Shown piece after piece: positions 30,166 to 40,069 of a DNA stretch of 47,818 nt (positions are counted from its first letter, which is position 1; each line of letters opens with the position of its first letter). Below the pieces are notes generated by a model. The model was not told where the DNA came from, ran no database searches, and saw nothing but the letters and a program-made list of their open reading frames with translations. The position numbers and the translations under genes were made by a program. The DNA comes from an uncultured Gammaproteobacteria bacterium (GTDB lineage: Bacteria > Pseudomonadota > Gammaproteobacteria > CAWUKA01): positions 1 to 47,818 of the forward strand of contig CAWUKA010000003.1 in the NCBI GenBank assembly GCA_963922965.1. Reading direction: 5' to 3'.

Positions 30166-31020
30166 TTAAGCGAGTAGTTTTTCCATCACAAATTGTTCAA
30201 AAGAATTAACCGCGATATTAGCATTCCCATGTTTTAACATTGACACATGAGTGTCTGCTAATGTTGGTATGTGTTGAGCTTTATGCATCATCCGCATTTC
30301 GCTTGGTATCATATTGCGCGGTAATACAGTGATGCCTAAGCCAGCTTTTACTGCGGCAATTTTACCTGCAAAGCTATCGCTACAAAAAACCATGCGCCAT
30401 TTTCGTTTTGCTTGTTCAAGAGCGTTAATCGCTCGCAATCGATATACGCAAGGCTGTGGCGATAGGATCAGAGGAATCACTTCATTAGTTGATCGGCTAA
30501 AGAAATGTTCTGAACCAACCCACTCTAATTGTTCTGACCAGACGTCAATGCCATTGGGGAAGTCGCTTGGCTTGTTCATCTTAACCAATACTAAATCAAA
30601 AGCTTTTTCTTTAAAGCGTTGAAATAAATTAACAGTGAGATCACATTCTATATTCAGTAGGATGCGAGGATGCATTGCTGCAAACTCACTCAGCACATCA
30701 GACAGAAAAACACTGGCAAAATCTTCTGGCAAACCAAAGCGGACTTCACCTTTAAGCTCAGGTTGTTTAAAGCGATCAACCGCTTCGTGCTGTAGCTGCA
30801 TGATTGAGCGGGCGTAGCGTAGCAGAATTTCGCCTTCAGCTGTCAATGCGAAGCTCTTGCCTCGAATAAACAATGTTTTCTCAAGTTGTAATTCAAGTTT
30901 TGCAATTTGTTGGCTAATCGCTGACTGAGTGCGGCCAACTTTGTCGGCCGCTCGGGTAAAGCTACCGGTGTCACAAACGGCAATGAAGCAATCGAGTGTC
31001 AGTGCATCAAATCCAATCAT
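30166..31020 (-). CDS. LysR-family regulator divergent from the dab operon
   Basis: GSFTRAA..VGRTQSAISQQI..LE HTH; VRFGLPEDFA substrate-binding domain. Confidence 0.93.
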   Translation of the reverse strand: MIGFDALTLDCFIAVCDTGSFTRAADKVGRTQSAISQQIAKLELQLEKTLFIRGKSFALTAEGEILLRYARSIMQLQHEAVDRFKQPELKGEVRFGLPEDFASVFLSDVLSEFAAMHPRILLNIECDLTVNLFQRFKEKAFDLVLVKMNKPSDFPNGIDVWSEQLEWVGSEHFFSRSTNEVIPLILSPQPCVYRLRAINALEQAKRKWRMVFCSDSFAGKIAAVKAGLGITVLPRNMIPSEMRMMHKAQHIPTLADTHVSMLKHGNANIAVNSFEQFVMEKLLA

Positions 31021-31122
31021 TAGCAACGCTTATCAGGTTAATTAGTATTAATTATTTTACTTATATCAGATGTGCTTATAATCTTAACTCAATAAATTTG
31101 TTTTGTTAATGGTAGATAAAAA

Positions 31123-32457
31123 GTGACAAGTTTTGAATTATTTCATATCGACAGGGTCAGTGTGCTAATGATGGCGGTCATTACTTTAATATCAGCGTCG
31201 GTGTTTTCATTTTCAAGACGATATTTGGCTGGGGATTCCAAGCAACGCTATCAGCTATGCCACCTTGTTGCTATTAGTTTTTCTCTCTATCTACTTGTTT
31301 GTATTGATAATTTTATATTATTTTTATTTGCTTGGTTTATTAGCAACAGCTTATTAACGCGTATGATGTTACACAAATCTAACTGGCCAGCCGCCAAGGC
31401 TTCTGCTCGATTAGCACGTGATAATTTCATGATTGGCTTTATCTTTCTCACTGCTGCTTTCCTGTGTCTCAACTTTTACACTGGGCTGGTTTCAATTCAG
31501 AGCTTACTCATTTACCCCCTGCCAATCACAATTTTATTGCCAAGTGGTCTTTTATTGCTACTCGCTGCAATGACACAGTCAGCGTTGTGGCCTTTTCACC
31601 GCTGGTTGATTAGCTCATTAAACTCACCGACACCTGTCTCAGCCATGATGCATGCTGGTTTAGTCAACGGTGGTGGTTTTTTACTAATTCGCTTTGCACC
31701 ATTGTTTTTGCAGCAACAGCAGTTGCTGCTCATGGTGTTTCTAGTCGGTTTATTAACAACAGTGCTAGGAACAAGCTGGAAGCTAATGCAAGCAGATGTT
31801 AAACGAATGCTAGCTTGCTCGACGCTTGGGCAAATGGGCTTTATGATCCTTCAGTGTGGATTGGGCTTTTTTTCTTTAGCGCTCATGCACCTGTGTGGCC
31901 ATGCTTGTTTTAAGGCTTATTTATTTTTAGCATCAGGTTCAGCAAGTAAAGAAAAACGAGTTGATAGTGCTAGAGTTGCAAGCTTTACGAGCATTCTAGT
32001 TGCGTTGAGTTGTGGTGTAGTTGCGTCTTATTTATTTGTTAAATTTAATCAACGTATTACTTTTTCACTTGATACGAATCTTTTTGTTATTGCGCTTATA
32101 ATAATGTTTGCAACCCAATTAATGCTATCGTTATCAAGCAATACGAATCACTTTATGATACCAATATTGTTTATTATTACACTTGCAATAGTAATCGGCT
32201 ATGGCTTGATGCTCAATGTTATGGAGACGTATTTACTGCCGTTAAATTTATTACAACCGCAACCCTTGACTGCTATTCACCTTATAGCGTTAATAATATT
32301 GGTTATGGCTTGGTTGTGTTTTATTAATAGAGCATCTATAAAATTATTCCAGCGCCAACCACAGTGGTTACTCAAGCTATATGTTTACATGCTGAATGCA
32401 AGTCAACCGGATCCTAGAACCGTAACACTACACCGTAATCAGTACCAATATCGATAA
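31123..32457 (+). CDS. dabB: DabB/MpsA-like proton-conducting membrane subunit (NuoL-like)
   Basis: SALWPFHRWL...SPTPVSAMMHAG.VNGGG, DVKRMLACST.GQMGFM.LQCGLG, HL.GHACFKAYLFL; directly upstream of dabA. Confidence 0.88.
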   Translation: MTSFELFHIDRVSVLMMAVITLISASVFSFSRRYLAGDSKQRYQLCHLVAISFSLYLLVCIDNFILFLFAWFISNSLLTRMMLHKSNWPAAKASARLARDNFMIGFIFLTAAFLCLNFYTGLVSIQSLLIYPLPITILLPSGLLLLLAAMTQSALWPFHRWLISSLNSPTPVSAMMHAGLVNGGGFLLIRFAPLFLQQQQLLLMVFLVGLLTTVLGTSWKLMQADVKRMLACSTLGQMGFMILQCGLGFFSLALMHLCGHACFKAYLFLASGSASKEKRVDSARVASFTSILVALSCGVVASYLFVKFNQRITFSLDTNLFVIALIIMFATQLMLSLSSNTNHFMIPILFIITLAIVIGYGLMLNVMETYLLPLNLLQPQPLTAIHLIALIILVMAWLCFINRASIKLFQRQPQWLLKLYVYMLNASQPDPRTVTLHRNQYQYR

Positions 32458-32467
32458 CGAGGCTAAT

Positions 32468-34693
32468 ATGAAAGCAGTTAATCACTCAGCTGAGCTTCAG
32501 TCTAAGGCATTGACTGGTAGTACTATTGCTTGGAATCCATTGCAACAGCTAATTGAACAGAGCTGGAGTAAGATACCGCCGTTTTGGCCGCTAACACAAT
32601 TAGTTGCAGTCAACCCCATGATGGGGTTTGAAGACTTGCCGTTTGATGATGCTCTGCAACAGGCACAAGCTTATTTTCAGCAAGCTGATTTGCCACAGCC
32701 AATGCAGAACGTTAATCGCGAAACTATCAAGTGGTCACAAACCTACTTTGATGAAGGGGTTGCGACGATTAAAATGCCATATCGAGAGCGAGGCTTTTTA
32801 AACGCTATCCTGACTCTATTGCCATTCGATAAAGACCTTAACCTCAACAACTCAAAAAGCCGCCTATTCCTTCAAAAAAATCCATTAGCAATTATTGCAG
32901 AATGTTTGTTTTATTTGGGTATCCCTACACAAAATTACCAGCAGTTTTTGACGTTGATGTTAACTACATTGCCTGGCTGGGCGACACACATTCAGTATCG
33001 TGCCAGTTGGGATGATTCGGATCAGTATTGTACGCAGGGTTCGATATTGAAAGAAGACTATCTCGCTTTGCGTTTAATGCTTACCTGCTTACTGTACCCG
33101 GAGGCCAAAGTATTACTGATTTGGCATGATGTGACACACGCTAATACTGATATTGAATCAACTAAGCAGCGACTTTTTCAGGCTGAGCAAGCTTATACAA
33201 AACAACTTCTTAGCCAGATTAGTCAGCAGCAGCGGAATAACAAGCAACAATTACCAGTTGCTCAATTTATCTTTTGTATTGATGTTCGTTCGGAACGGTT
33301 TCGTCGCTTACTAGAAGTGCAAGGCAATTATGAAACTTTTGCTTGCGCAGGATTTTTTAACTTGCCAATTGTAGTTGAAAATTCACTTAGTGATGAGGTT
33401 CATCCATCATGCCCAGTGTTAATCAAGCCCAGCGAAAAAGTAATAGCCGGCTCAGGGTTGACTATAACTACCAGACTATACTCAAGTTTATCGCGAATAG
33501 TGAATCGAGCCTATCAGTCACTCAAGTATGGTTTAGTGACACCGTTTGCGCTAGCCGAATTGACTGGTTTTGTTAAGGGTTTGTTTATGGCTTTACGTAG
33601 TTTCTCACCCAAAATAACCGGCTTAGTGATAACAGGATTAACCACAGCTACATCTGGTAAGCCTTCAGTTCACTTCTCGTTAGATTCGATACCTTTGTCT
33701 CAGCAGCTTACCTATGCAGCAGAAGCATTAAAATTGCTTGGTTTAACCAGTAACTTTGCCTCGACTATTGTATTGTGCGGGCACGGTAGTTCGGTGCAGA
33801 ATAATCCATATGATAGTTTATTAAACTGCGGTGCTTGTGGTGGGCGACATAGTGGTGTTAATGCTGAGGTGCTTGCAGCTATACTAAATCAGGTTGTTAT
33901 CCGTCATGGCTTAATTGAGCATGATATCAAAATCCCACAGACGACTCATTTCATTGCTGCTGAGCATAATACTTTGACTGATCAGGTTGAGGTTAACGAT
34001 CGGGGTCTCCCTAAATCACACCAGCACATATTATCTCAACTGCGTCGTGACCTGCAGCAAGTCAGTTTGCTAAGTTGTGCTCAACGCGCATCACAGTTTG
34101 ATACTAAAATAGCAGAAAATGGAGAACGTGACATAAAAATACGTGCATACGATTGGGCTGAAGTGAGACCAGAATGGGGTTTGGCGCGTAATGCTGCTTT
34201 TGTTATCGGGCCGCGCTGGCTAACAAAAAATATTGACCTTCAGGGTCGTTGTTTCCTTCATTCATATGATTGGCAGCAGGATACTAGCAATGATGTGCTA
34301 ACAACCATATTGCTTGCGCCAATGATTGTTGCGCAATGGATTAATGCTCAGTATCTTTTCTCTACTCTCGACAATGTCGCTTTTGGCAGTGGTAGCAAGG
34401 TTACTCAGAATATCACTGGCAAGGTGGGTATCATGCAGGGCAATGCTAGTGATTTGATGCATGGTTTGCCATTGCAATCTGTTTTTAAGACTGACACTGA
34501 TCCATTTCATGAGCCGATGCGCTTATCTATAGTTGTTTATGCGCCTAAGGATAAATTGATGTCAATTATCAAAAATCAACCAGTATTAAACAAATTATTT
34601 AGTAATCAATGGTTGCATTTGAACTGTTTTGAGCCAGATTTTAGTAGTTGTTTCAATCTAAAAGAGGATTTGACATGGCAATCGGTGCATTGA
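32468..34693 (+). CDS. dabA: DabA/MpsB (DUF2309) beta-carbonic-anhydrase-like inorganic carbon pump subunit
   Basis: P.WPL...VAVNP, FCIDVRSE, CGHGS...NNPY...LNCGACGG, AAEHNT, DWAEVRPEWGLARNA, FLHSYD, QWINAQY, GSGSK, HEPMRL; Zn ligands C/D/H/C present. Confidence 0.93.
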   Translation: MKAVNHSAELQSKALTGSTIAWNPLQQLIEQSWSKIPPFWPLTQLVAVNPMMGFEDLPFDDALQQAQAYFQQADLPQPMQNVNRETIKWSQTYFDEGVATIKMPYRERGFLNAILTLLPFDKDLNLNNSKSRLFLQKNPLAIIAECLFYLGIPTQNYQQFLTLMLTTLPGWATHIQYRASWDDSDQYCTQGSILKEDYLALRLMLTCLLYPEAKVLLIWHDVTHANTDIESTKQRLFQAEQAYTKQLLSQISQQQRNNKQQLPVAQFIFCIDVRSERFRRLLEVQGNYETFACAGFFNLPIVVENSLSDEVHPSCPVLIKPSEKVIAGSGLTITTRLYSSLSRIVNRAYQSLKYGLVTPFALAELTGFVKGLFMALRSFSPKITGLVITGLTTATSGKPSVHFSLDSIPLSQQLTYAAEALKLLGLTSNFASTIVLCGHGSSVQNNPYDSLLNCGACGGRHSGVNAEVLAAILNQVVIRHGLIEHDIKIPQTTHFIAAEHNTLTDQVEVNDRGLPKSHQHILSQLRRDLQQVSLLSCAQRASQFDTKIAENGERDIKIRAYDWAEVRPEWGLARNAAFVIGPRWLTKNIDLQGRCFLHSYDWQQDTSNDVLTTILLAPMIVAQWINAQYLFSTLDNVAFGSGSKVTQNITGKVGIMQGNASDLMHGLPLQSVFKTDTDPFHEPMRLSIVVYAPKDKLMSIIKNQPVLNKLFSNQWLHLNCFEPDFSSCFNLKEDLTWQSVH

Positions 34694-35559
34694 ATCTCGC
34701 AACAAAACTCCAGTCAGTCTATGTTGGCTCTCGAGTGATACTAACTACTAAGCATCATAAGTCAGAAGCTTTAGCTGAGCCGTTTGCAAATAGTCTTGGA
34801 GCTGATGTTTTTGAGTATAGTGCTGATACCGATCGGCTAGGCACATTCAGTGGTGAAGTCGAGCGACCAGCTGATACGCTCGAGACTGTGCGTAAAAAAT
34901 GTGAATGGGGTTTGCTAGCAACTGATGCTGATTATGCAGTAGCCAGTGAGGGTAGCTTCGGTCCGCACCCAGATTTCGGTTTTATTCCATCAGATTTTGA
35001 AACCCTCTACTTTATTGATCGGCGAAGAGACTTTCATCTTTATGTGACTGATATCTATACCGAAACAAATTATCAAGTACAGCAAATTACAACTTGTGAA
35101 GAGTTGTTGAAGTTCGCAGAGCAAGCCTTATTTCCATCGCATGGTCTCATTGTGCGTTCAGATAAGAATAAAACACCTGAGGTGCTCTGCAAAGGTTTGC
35201 AGAGCCGTAAAGCATTAATTGATGCATTTTATAAAGCAAAGCAAAATTCTACTAGCGGCTATATTTATGTTGAGACTGATATGCGCGCACACTTGAACCC
35301 AACTCGAATGAAAGTGATTCGCTTGCTAGCTGACAAGCTTGTTGCTCGACTCGCCACTCCATGCCCAGCCTGTTACACGCCTGGTTGGGGAGTGACTAAT
35401 TTAGAAGCTGGTTTACCTTGTAGTTGGTGTGGTTCACCGACTAATCAACTTAAAGCAGAAATTTACCGCTGTGTGAAATGTAACTATAAAGATAGTCGCC
35501 GACCTTCACATGGTCAATTCAAAGCTGATCCGACTCATTGTCCCTCTTGTAATCCGTAA
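34675..35559 (+). CDS. DUF6671-like protein with four C-terminal CxxC motifs
   Basis: TKH.K, DTD.LGTFSGEVER, ASEGSFGPHP, ETDMRAH.NPTRM, CPAC..PGWG, CSWC, CVKC, CPSCNP; overlaps the dabA stop. Confidence 0.75.
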   Translation: MAIGALNLATKLQSVYVGSRVILTTKHHKSEALAEPFANSLGADVFEYSADTDRLGTFSGEVERPADTLETVRKKCEWGLLATDADYAVASEGSFGPHPDFGFIPSDFETLYFIDRRRDFHLYVTDIYTETNYQVQQITTCEELLKFAEQALFPSHGLIVRSDKNKTPEVLCKGLQSRKALIDAFYKAKQNSTSGYIYVETDMRAHLNPTRMKVIRLLADKLVARLATPCPACYTPGWGVTNLEAGLPCSWCGSPTNQLKAEIYRCVKCNYKDSRRPSHGQFKADPTHCPSCNP

Positions 35560-35580
35560 AGATGCCATTATGTGATAGAG

Positions 35581-36010
35581 TTATTTAATTATCATATTAT
35601 TGATGTCGTAATAATGTGTAATATTGATAGCTTGCAGGAAATCTTCATCATGACTTAAAACAATAATCACACCAGGATATTGTTGCAGAATTTGAATAAT
35701 ATGTTGCTTTGTCATAAAATTGAGATTATTCGTCACTTCGTCTAGTAGCAGTGAGCTAGGAGGATTTACTGCAATAAGACAAAGCGATAGTCTAGCTTTT
35801 TCTCCACCAGAAAGATTGCTCACTAAAGTGTAGACTTGATAATTTTTACGAAATAAAAACTCGTTTAAATGGCATCTCAATTCTTGCTGATGCCAGTCTG
35901 GTCTCACACATTGGAGTTGCTCGATAACTGAAAGTGTCGGATTAAGATTCGCATAGTGTTGATGAAGATTCGCATAGTGTTGATGAAGATAACCTATCTG
36001 TTCTTGCGTT
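35581..36010 (-). pseudogene. C-terminal remnant of an ABC-F ATPase
   Basis: IGYL.QHY, LSGGEKARLSL, LLLDEVTNNL, SHDEDFL; no Walker A or start; contains a 21-bp duplication. Confidence 0.8.
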
Positions 36011-38077
36011 GGTGCTAGAACTTGCTGCTGCAAAACCAGAACTTTCAGTTGTAGCAGGTGGCAGAAATAGTGGTCGGCACGACCTACAATTGCAACTTGG
36101 TAATATAGGAAGCTTTGATCTTTGATCATCATGAGAAAGTTGATCGCAAACTGTAACTTGGGGTGTCGTCATCATCTGTTGCAACGTGCTCGGCTGAGAA
36201 AAGGTTGTGAGCGAAACTGCACCCAAGACGGCGATACAAAAACCAGATACTGCAAAACAGGCAGCAGCCGGTGGAAAAGTTAAGCCTGATAATGCGAAAA
36301 ACAAACCATTGATCAGTGCTAACAGAAGCAAGTTGTACCCGAGCGCGCTACCCATGCAATAGCGATAGGTTTGTTGGGCTTGCCCTAACATCTGCATCAA
36401 GCCAGCCAGTGCGGATAACTTGTCTTGCGCAACAAAAAAGTTTGCTTGTTTTGCAGCCTGGTCATTGAGGTTATTGAGGTCCGCTGCAACACAGATCCCA
36501 ACATCTGCTTGTTGCATAGCCTCGACATCGTTATTACCATCACCAACCATGCCAACAACATGGCCGCCAAATAAGCGCTTAAAGTGAGACATAAACCAGG
36601 CACTTGATCCGAGGACTGGTTTGGTTACTGAGCCGTAGCGTTGTAGATTGGTAATAACTTTGCGTTTTGCGCCATGCTTAGGATCGTGATACTCGACGTC
36701 GAAGATAATGTTTTCGCCATCAACAAGACCGTTTAGCTCCGTTTTGCAGGCTTGTAAGTGGGCCTGCCAATCACCTGTGCCGTGGCCACTTAAAATATAA
36801 ACGGTTATACCTTTTGCTTTTAGTTCCTGTAATAGTGCCTTAACACCGTTACTAAGAATATATGGCCCGCTAAGATCTTCACTGTTTGGTTGATACAGGG
36901 TATGGGTTCTATCAAATACCATGATGGTTGGCGCACCACGACTTGGCATCTGATTAAACTGGAATGACTTTTCCTTGTTAACCCAATCGAGTAGTTTGGC
37001 GTGAATAATCGGCTTCGCGACTAGAAATACGCAAGGACAGGAGACCATCAGGTTCATGCAAAAACTTTGAAAGCCAGCAACGATGGAGCCAGCAGTAAAG
37101 CCTTGCCACAAGCCAGCAATTACTGCAATACTTAATACCAAGATCAGAAAAGCTTGTAGCAGTCGGTCGGGGGTTTCGGTTTGTTGGCGTTGACTCGCAT
37201 GATTAGTGGGTTGGTAGTTTGCTAGGCATTTCACAGAACCAGAGTAATAGTATGTGTTAACGTTGATGATTTCGTCGCTGCTTTTTTTTAACATGCCTTC
37301 AGAGACATCATCACGGATGTGGCACGTGTCTACTACTTGGCAAGCCACGGGCAGCATCAATCCTTGCTTGATCTCGATCACCATACCCTGTTTAAGCTCG
37401 GTTATCGGTATGGTCTTTGATTTACTCTCATCTGGATCGGAAATACTAACAGTCGTGCTAGCATGATTGTGCGGTAAGGCTGTGGATTGCATGCGCTGCT
37501 TTATCCAACTTGCCAAATTAAAGGTGCCTAAGGTTAATAGGGCATCGTGCAGCACAAATGAGTATATCAGTTGGCTGGAAGCAACTAAGCTAGCGAACGA
37601 AATACTCCAATTTAAGATGACGAACAGCAAGATAATCTGCTCAACTGAAGGTAACCGCAGTACTGAATTAGGTTGAGTTAGTCGTGCGGTTTTTTGTTCT
37701 GAACCGGGATGTAGCGCTTGATAGCGGTGTTGCCAGACTGCGTCGTTAACAAATAATGCGACGGCGCCGAGTGAAACAGCAACAGTCAGAAACACAGGCG
37801 CTAACAGCGTACCAGCTACGATGGGTGCCGACAGTGCTAAGCTAACTGCAATTAGCATTGTAAAGCAATAGTTACGTTGGTGAGCGAAATCTTTTGCTAT
37901 TGAATAAGTTAGTAGCGTTGTTAAGCCTAGCAGGCAAATGTAGCCGACTACACCTGTAGTGACAAACGCTTCAACTGGCGGGAGTAATAATAAACAGCCA
38001 AGAATCAGGCAGTAGAGTGAGCGGCCAAGTAAGCCTTCAGTATGCGCTCTTTGTTGTCCACAACAATCATCAGCCAT
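35942..38077 (-). CDS. divergent P1B-type ATPase-like membrane protein lacking the N-domain
   Basis: SCPC, VFDRTHTL (vs DKTGT), ILSGH (vs TGD), MVGDGNNDVEAM.QADVG, YN in a late TM; only about 12 aa where the N-domain normally sits. Confidence 0.75.
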   Translation of the reverse strand: MADDCCGQQRAHTEGLLGRSLYCLILGCLLLLPPVEAFVTTGVVGYICLLGLTTLLTYSIAKDFAHQRNYCFTMLIAVSLALSAPIVAGTLLAPVFLTVAVSLGAVALFVNDAVWQHRYQALHPGSEQKTARLTQPNSVLRLPSVEQIILLFVILNWSISFASLVASSQLIYSFVLHDALLTLGTFNLASWIKQRMQSTALPHNHASTTVSISDPDESKSKTIPITELKQGMVIEIKQGLMLPVACQVVDTCHIRDDVSEGMLKKSSDEIINVNTYYYSGSVKCLANYQPTNHASQRQQTETPDRLLQAFLILVLSIAVIAGLWQGFTAGSIVAGFQSFCMNLMVSCPCVFLVAKPIIHAKLLDWVNKEKSFQFNQMPSRGAPTIMVFDRTHTLYQPNSEDLSGPYILSNGVKALLQELKAKGITVYILSGHGTGDWQAHLQACKTELNGLVDGENIIFDVEYHDPKHGAKRKVITNLQRYGSVTKPVLGSSAWFMSHFKRLFGGHVVGMVGDGNNDVEAMQQADVGICVAADLNNLNDQAAKQANFFVAQDKLSALAGLMQMLGQAQQTYRYCMGSALGYNLLLLALINGLFFALSGLTFPPAAACFAVSGFCIAVLGAVSLTTFSQPSTLQQMMTTPQVTVCDQLSHDDQRSKLPILPSCNCRSCRPLFLPPATTESSGFAAASSSTNARTDRLSSSTLCESSSTLCES
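35944..35990. repeat. perfect 21-bp tandem duplication
   Basis: AAGATTCGCATAGTGTTGATG x2 plus AAGAT. Confidence 0.95.
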
Positions 38078-38279
38078 TGATTAACTCGATATCAAAAAAC
38101 TAAAAAGGGAATGTATTTTATACAAAATTTATCCCGTCGACAAGCCGTGGATCGAGATATTGCAGCAATGAGGCAATAAATTCGTACAGTGTCCCTTCGT
38201 TTGCTTAAAAATAGGTGCAGAGGGCATCAGTGGCTAGAAAAGACCTACCTAATAGAAATAATCAACTGTTAATTAAATA

Positions 38280-38420
38280 ACTTCGCTTGTAACCGCATTT
38301 GCGACATAAAGACCTTCAATAAATCCCCGAGCTTCTACTGATTATGAGCCATTAAATTTTCTTTACCGCATGCTTTCATGAATCCGATTTGGTCGACTAA
38401 ATTGCAAAGCAAGTTTGCTG
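38280..38420 (-). pseudogene. possible GNAT acetyltransferase fragment
   Basis: Short translated pieces IGFMKA and ARGFIEGLYV; boundaries approximate. Confidence 0.25.
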
Positions 38421-38472
38421 TCTCTGCTATCGTTGATTGAGCTTCTATAGATAGCTATGGTTAAATGTGTTG

Positions 38473-39404
38473 ATGAGCTATCCAGAGACAACAATAAATT
38501 TAAGTCTACGGGGCTTGACAGAAATTCCAGCTAACATTTTGCTGCAAAATCAACTTGAGCAGTTATGGCTTGATGAGAATCAGATTCAGCAGCTGCCCGA
38601 AGTTATTCGCCAATTTAAATGTTTGAGGATGCTGAGTTGTTATCATAATCAGCTAAAGTCATTACCAGATGGGCTTTTTCAATTAACAATAATTGAACGT
38701 TTGAATCTAAGTGCTAATCAAATAGCCCTAGTGCCTGAGTTAATCGCAAAACTAGTTAATCTAACTATGCTCGATGTTCAGTATAATTTACAAACGGCAT
38801 TACCTGATGCTATAGGTAGCCTCACAGCACTTCAGTTTTTATATTGTGCTGGTAATCAGATAACCGTGTTGCCTGCATCGATCATATAATTGACTCAGCT
38901 GATTTATTTAAATTTATCTGACAATCAATTTGAATCATTACCAGCATGTATTGCTAGTTTTACTCAGCTCATTGAGTTAAAAATTCAAAATAATAATCTT
39001 AAGCTATTACCAGATGTTTTTAATAGCTTGGTCAATTTAAAAGAATTATATGCAATGCAGAATAAGATTACAGACTTACCTGAGTCAATTGGCTGTCTGT
39101 TGTAGCTAAGAAAATTAAATCTCGCGCAAAATCAACTGGGATCAGCGCCTAACAGTATTGGGCTACTTCAAAATCTTAGTGAACTCAATCTGCGCTCAAA
39201 TTACTGACCGTGCTCCCTGATGCAATAGGACAATTAGGATGTCTGAGATATTTAGATTTGCCAGAGAATCAAATAAAATGTTTGCTAGGCAGCATGTAAA
39301 ATCTTCACCAGCTTGAGAAGCTTGATCTTCGTCTCAATAAAAATATAATAATTCCAGCTTGGATTGAAGAACTTGAAGTCAAAAGATGTGTTGTTTATTG
39401 GTAA
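38473..39404 (+). pseudogene. leucine-rich repeat protein, disrupted
   Basis: About 12 23-aa LxxLxLxxNxLxxLP repeats running through stops at 38887, 39103 and later frameshifts to 'CVVYW*'. Confidence 0.85.
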
Positions 39405-39619
39405 ACGTAGTATTTTTTAATCTATTCTTTATCAAACTTAAATAAAACCTCAAGATTCTAATGGCTCGCTTACCGTAATTAGATGCTCATGTGCTAACGC
39501 TACCACTCAAAGACGTGGGCTTCACAGAAGCAGTAGTGCGAATGGTCGACTTGGTTCAAATAACCAGATAACTTTGAGTGTTAAATGATGCAAACAATTC
39601 TGTACCCTGCCAGTCAAAA

Positions 39620-40069
39620 TTATTCACTACACTCGTCTAACACCATATTGCTCCCCCCATTTTTTAAAAACGCGGTCTTCTGAGCTGAATTCCAATAATT
39701 GAAAAAACGCTTAAATTGGCGATCAGAATCGATCTGTGCCAAAAAAACTGGCTTAATAATCTCTACTTGATAGCTTTTTGAAAGCTGTTGAATAATTAAG
39801 TTCAGTTTGCTATCGACAGTATAGAACGTTTTAATTTTTAAAGGCATCCATGCCTGTATAACTGATAGTGTATCTCCTTCAATAATTTCAACTGGCAGTT
39901 GACAGAGCGTTTCATAAATAAAGATAAGTCGCTTTAGTGAGTAGGAACGATCATAAAAGTAGCTATTATCCCAGATAAACACTGCTTGAGTTTCATTATC
40001 ACTTATTTCTAATTCGCACTGTTTACTATTCATTGCTTGATCATGAACCCAGAAAATTGTTTTAGCCAT
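39620..40069 (-). CDS. photolyase-associated alpha/beta (antenna-like) domain protein
   Basis: IFWVHD.AM, AVFIWD, SLKRLIFIYETL, KRFF.YW; overlaps the stop of the FAD-domain gene. Confidence 0.65.
   Translation of the reverse strand: MAKTIFWVHDQAMNSKQCELEISDNETQAVFIWDNSYFYDRSYSLKRLIFIYETLCQLPVEIIEGDTLSVIQAWMPLKIKTFYTVDSKLNLIIQQLSKSYQVEIIKPVFLAQIDSDRQFKRFFNYWNSAQKTAFLKNGGSNMVLDECSE

Noticed and set aside
31123-32457. Respiratory complex I nuoL or Mrp antiporter subunit
   Set aside because: No other nuo/mrp genes nearby; adjacency to DUF2309 identifies DabB
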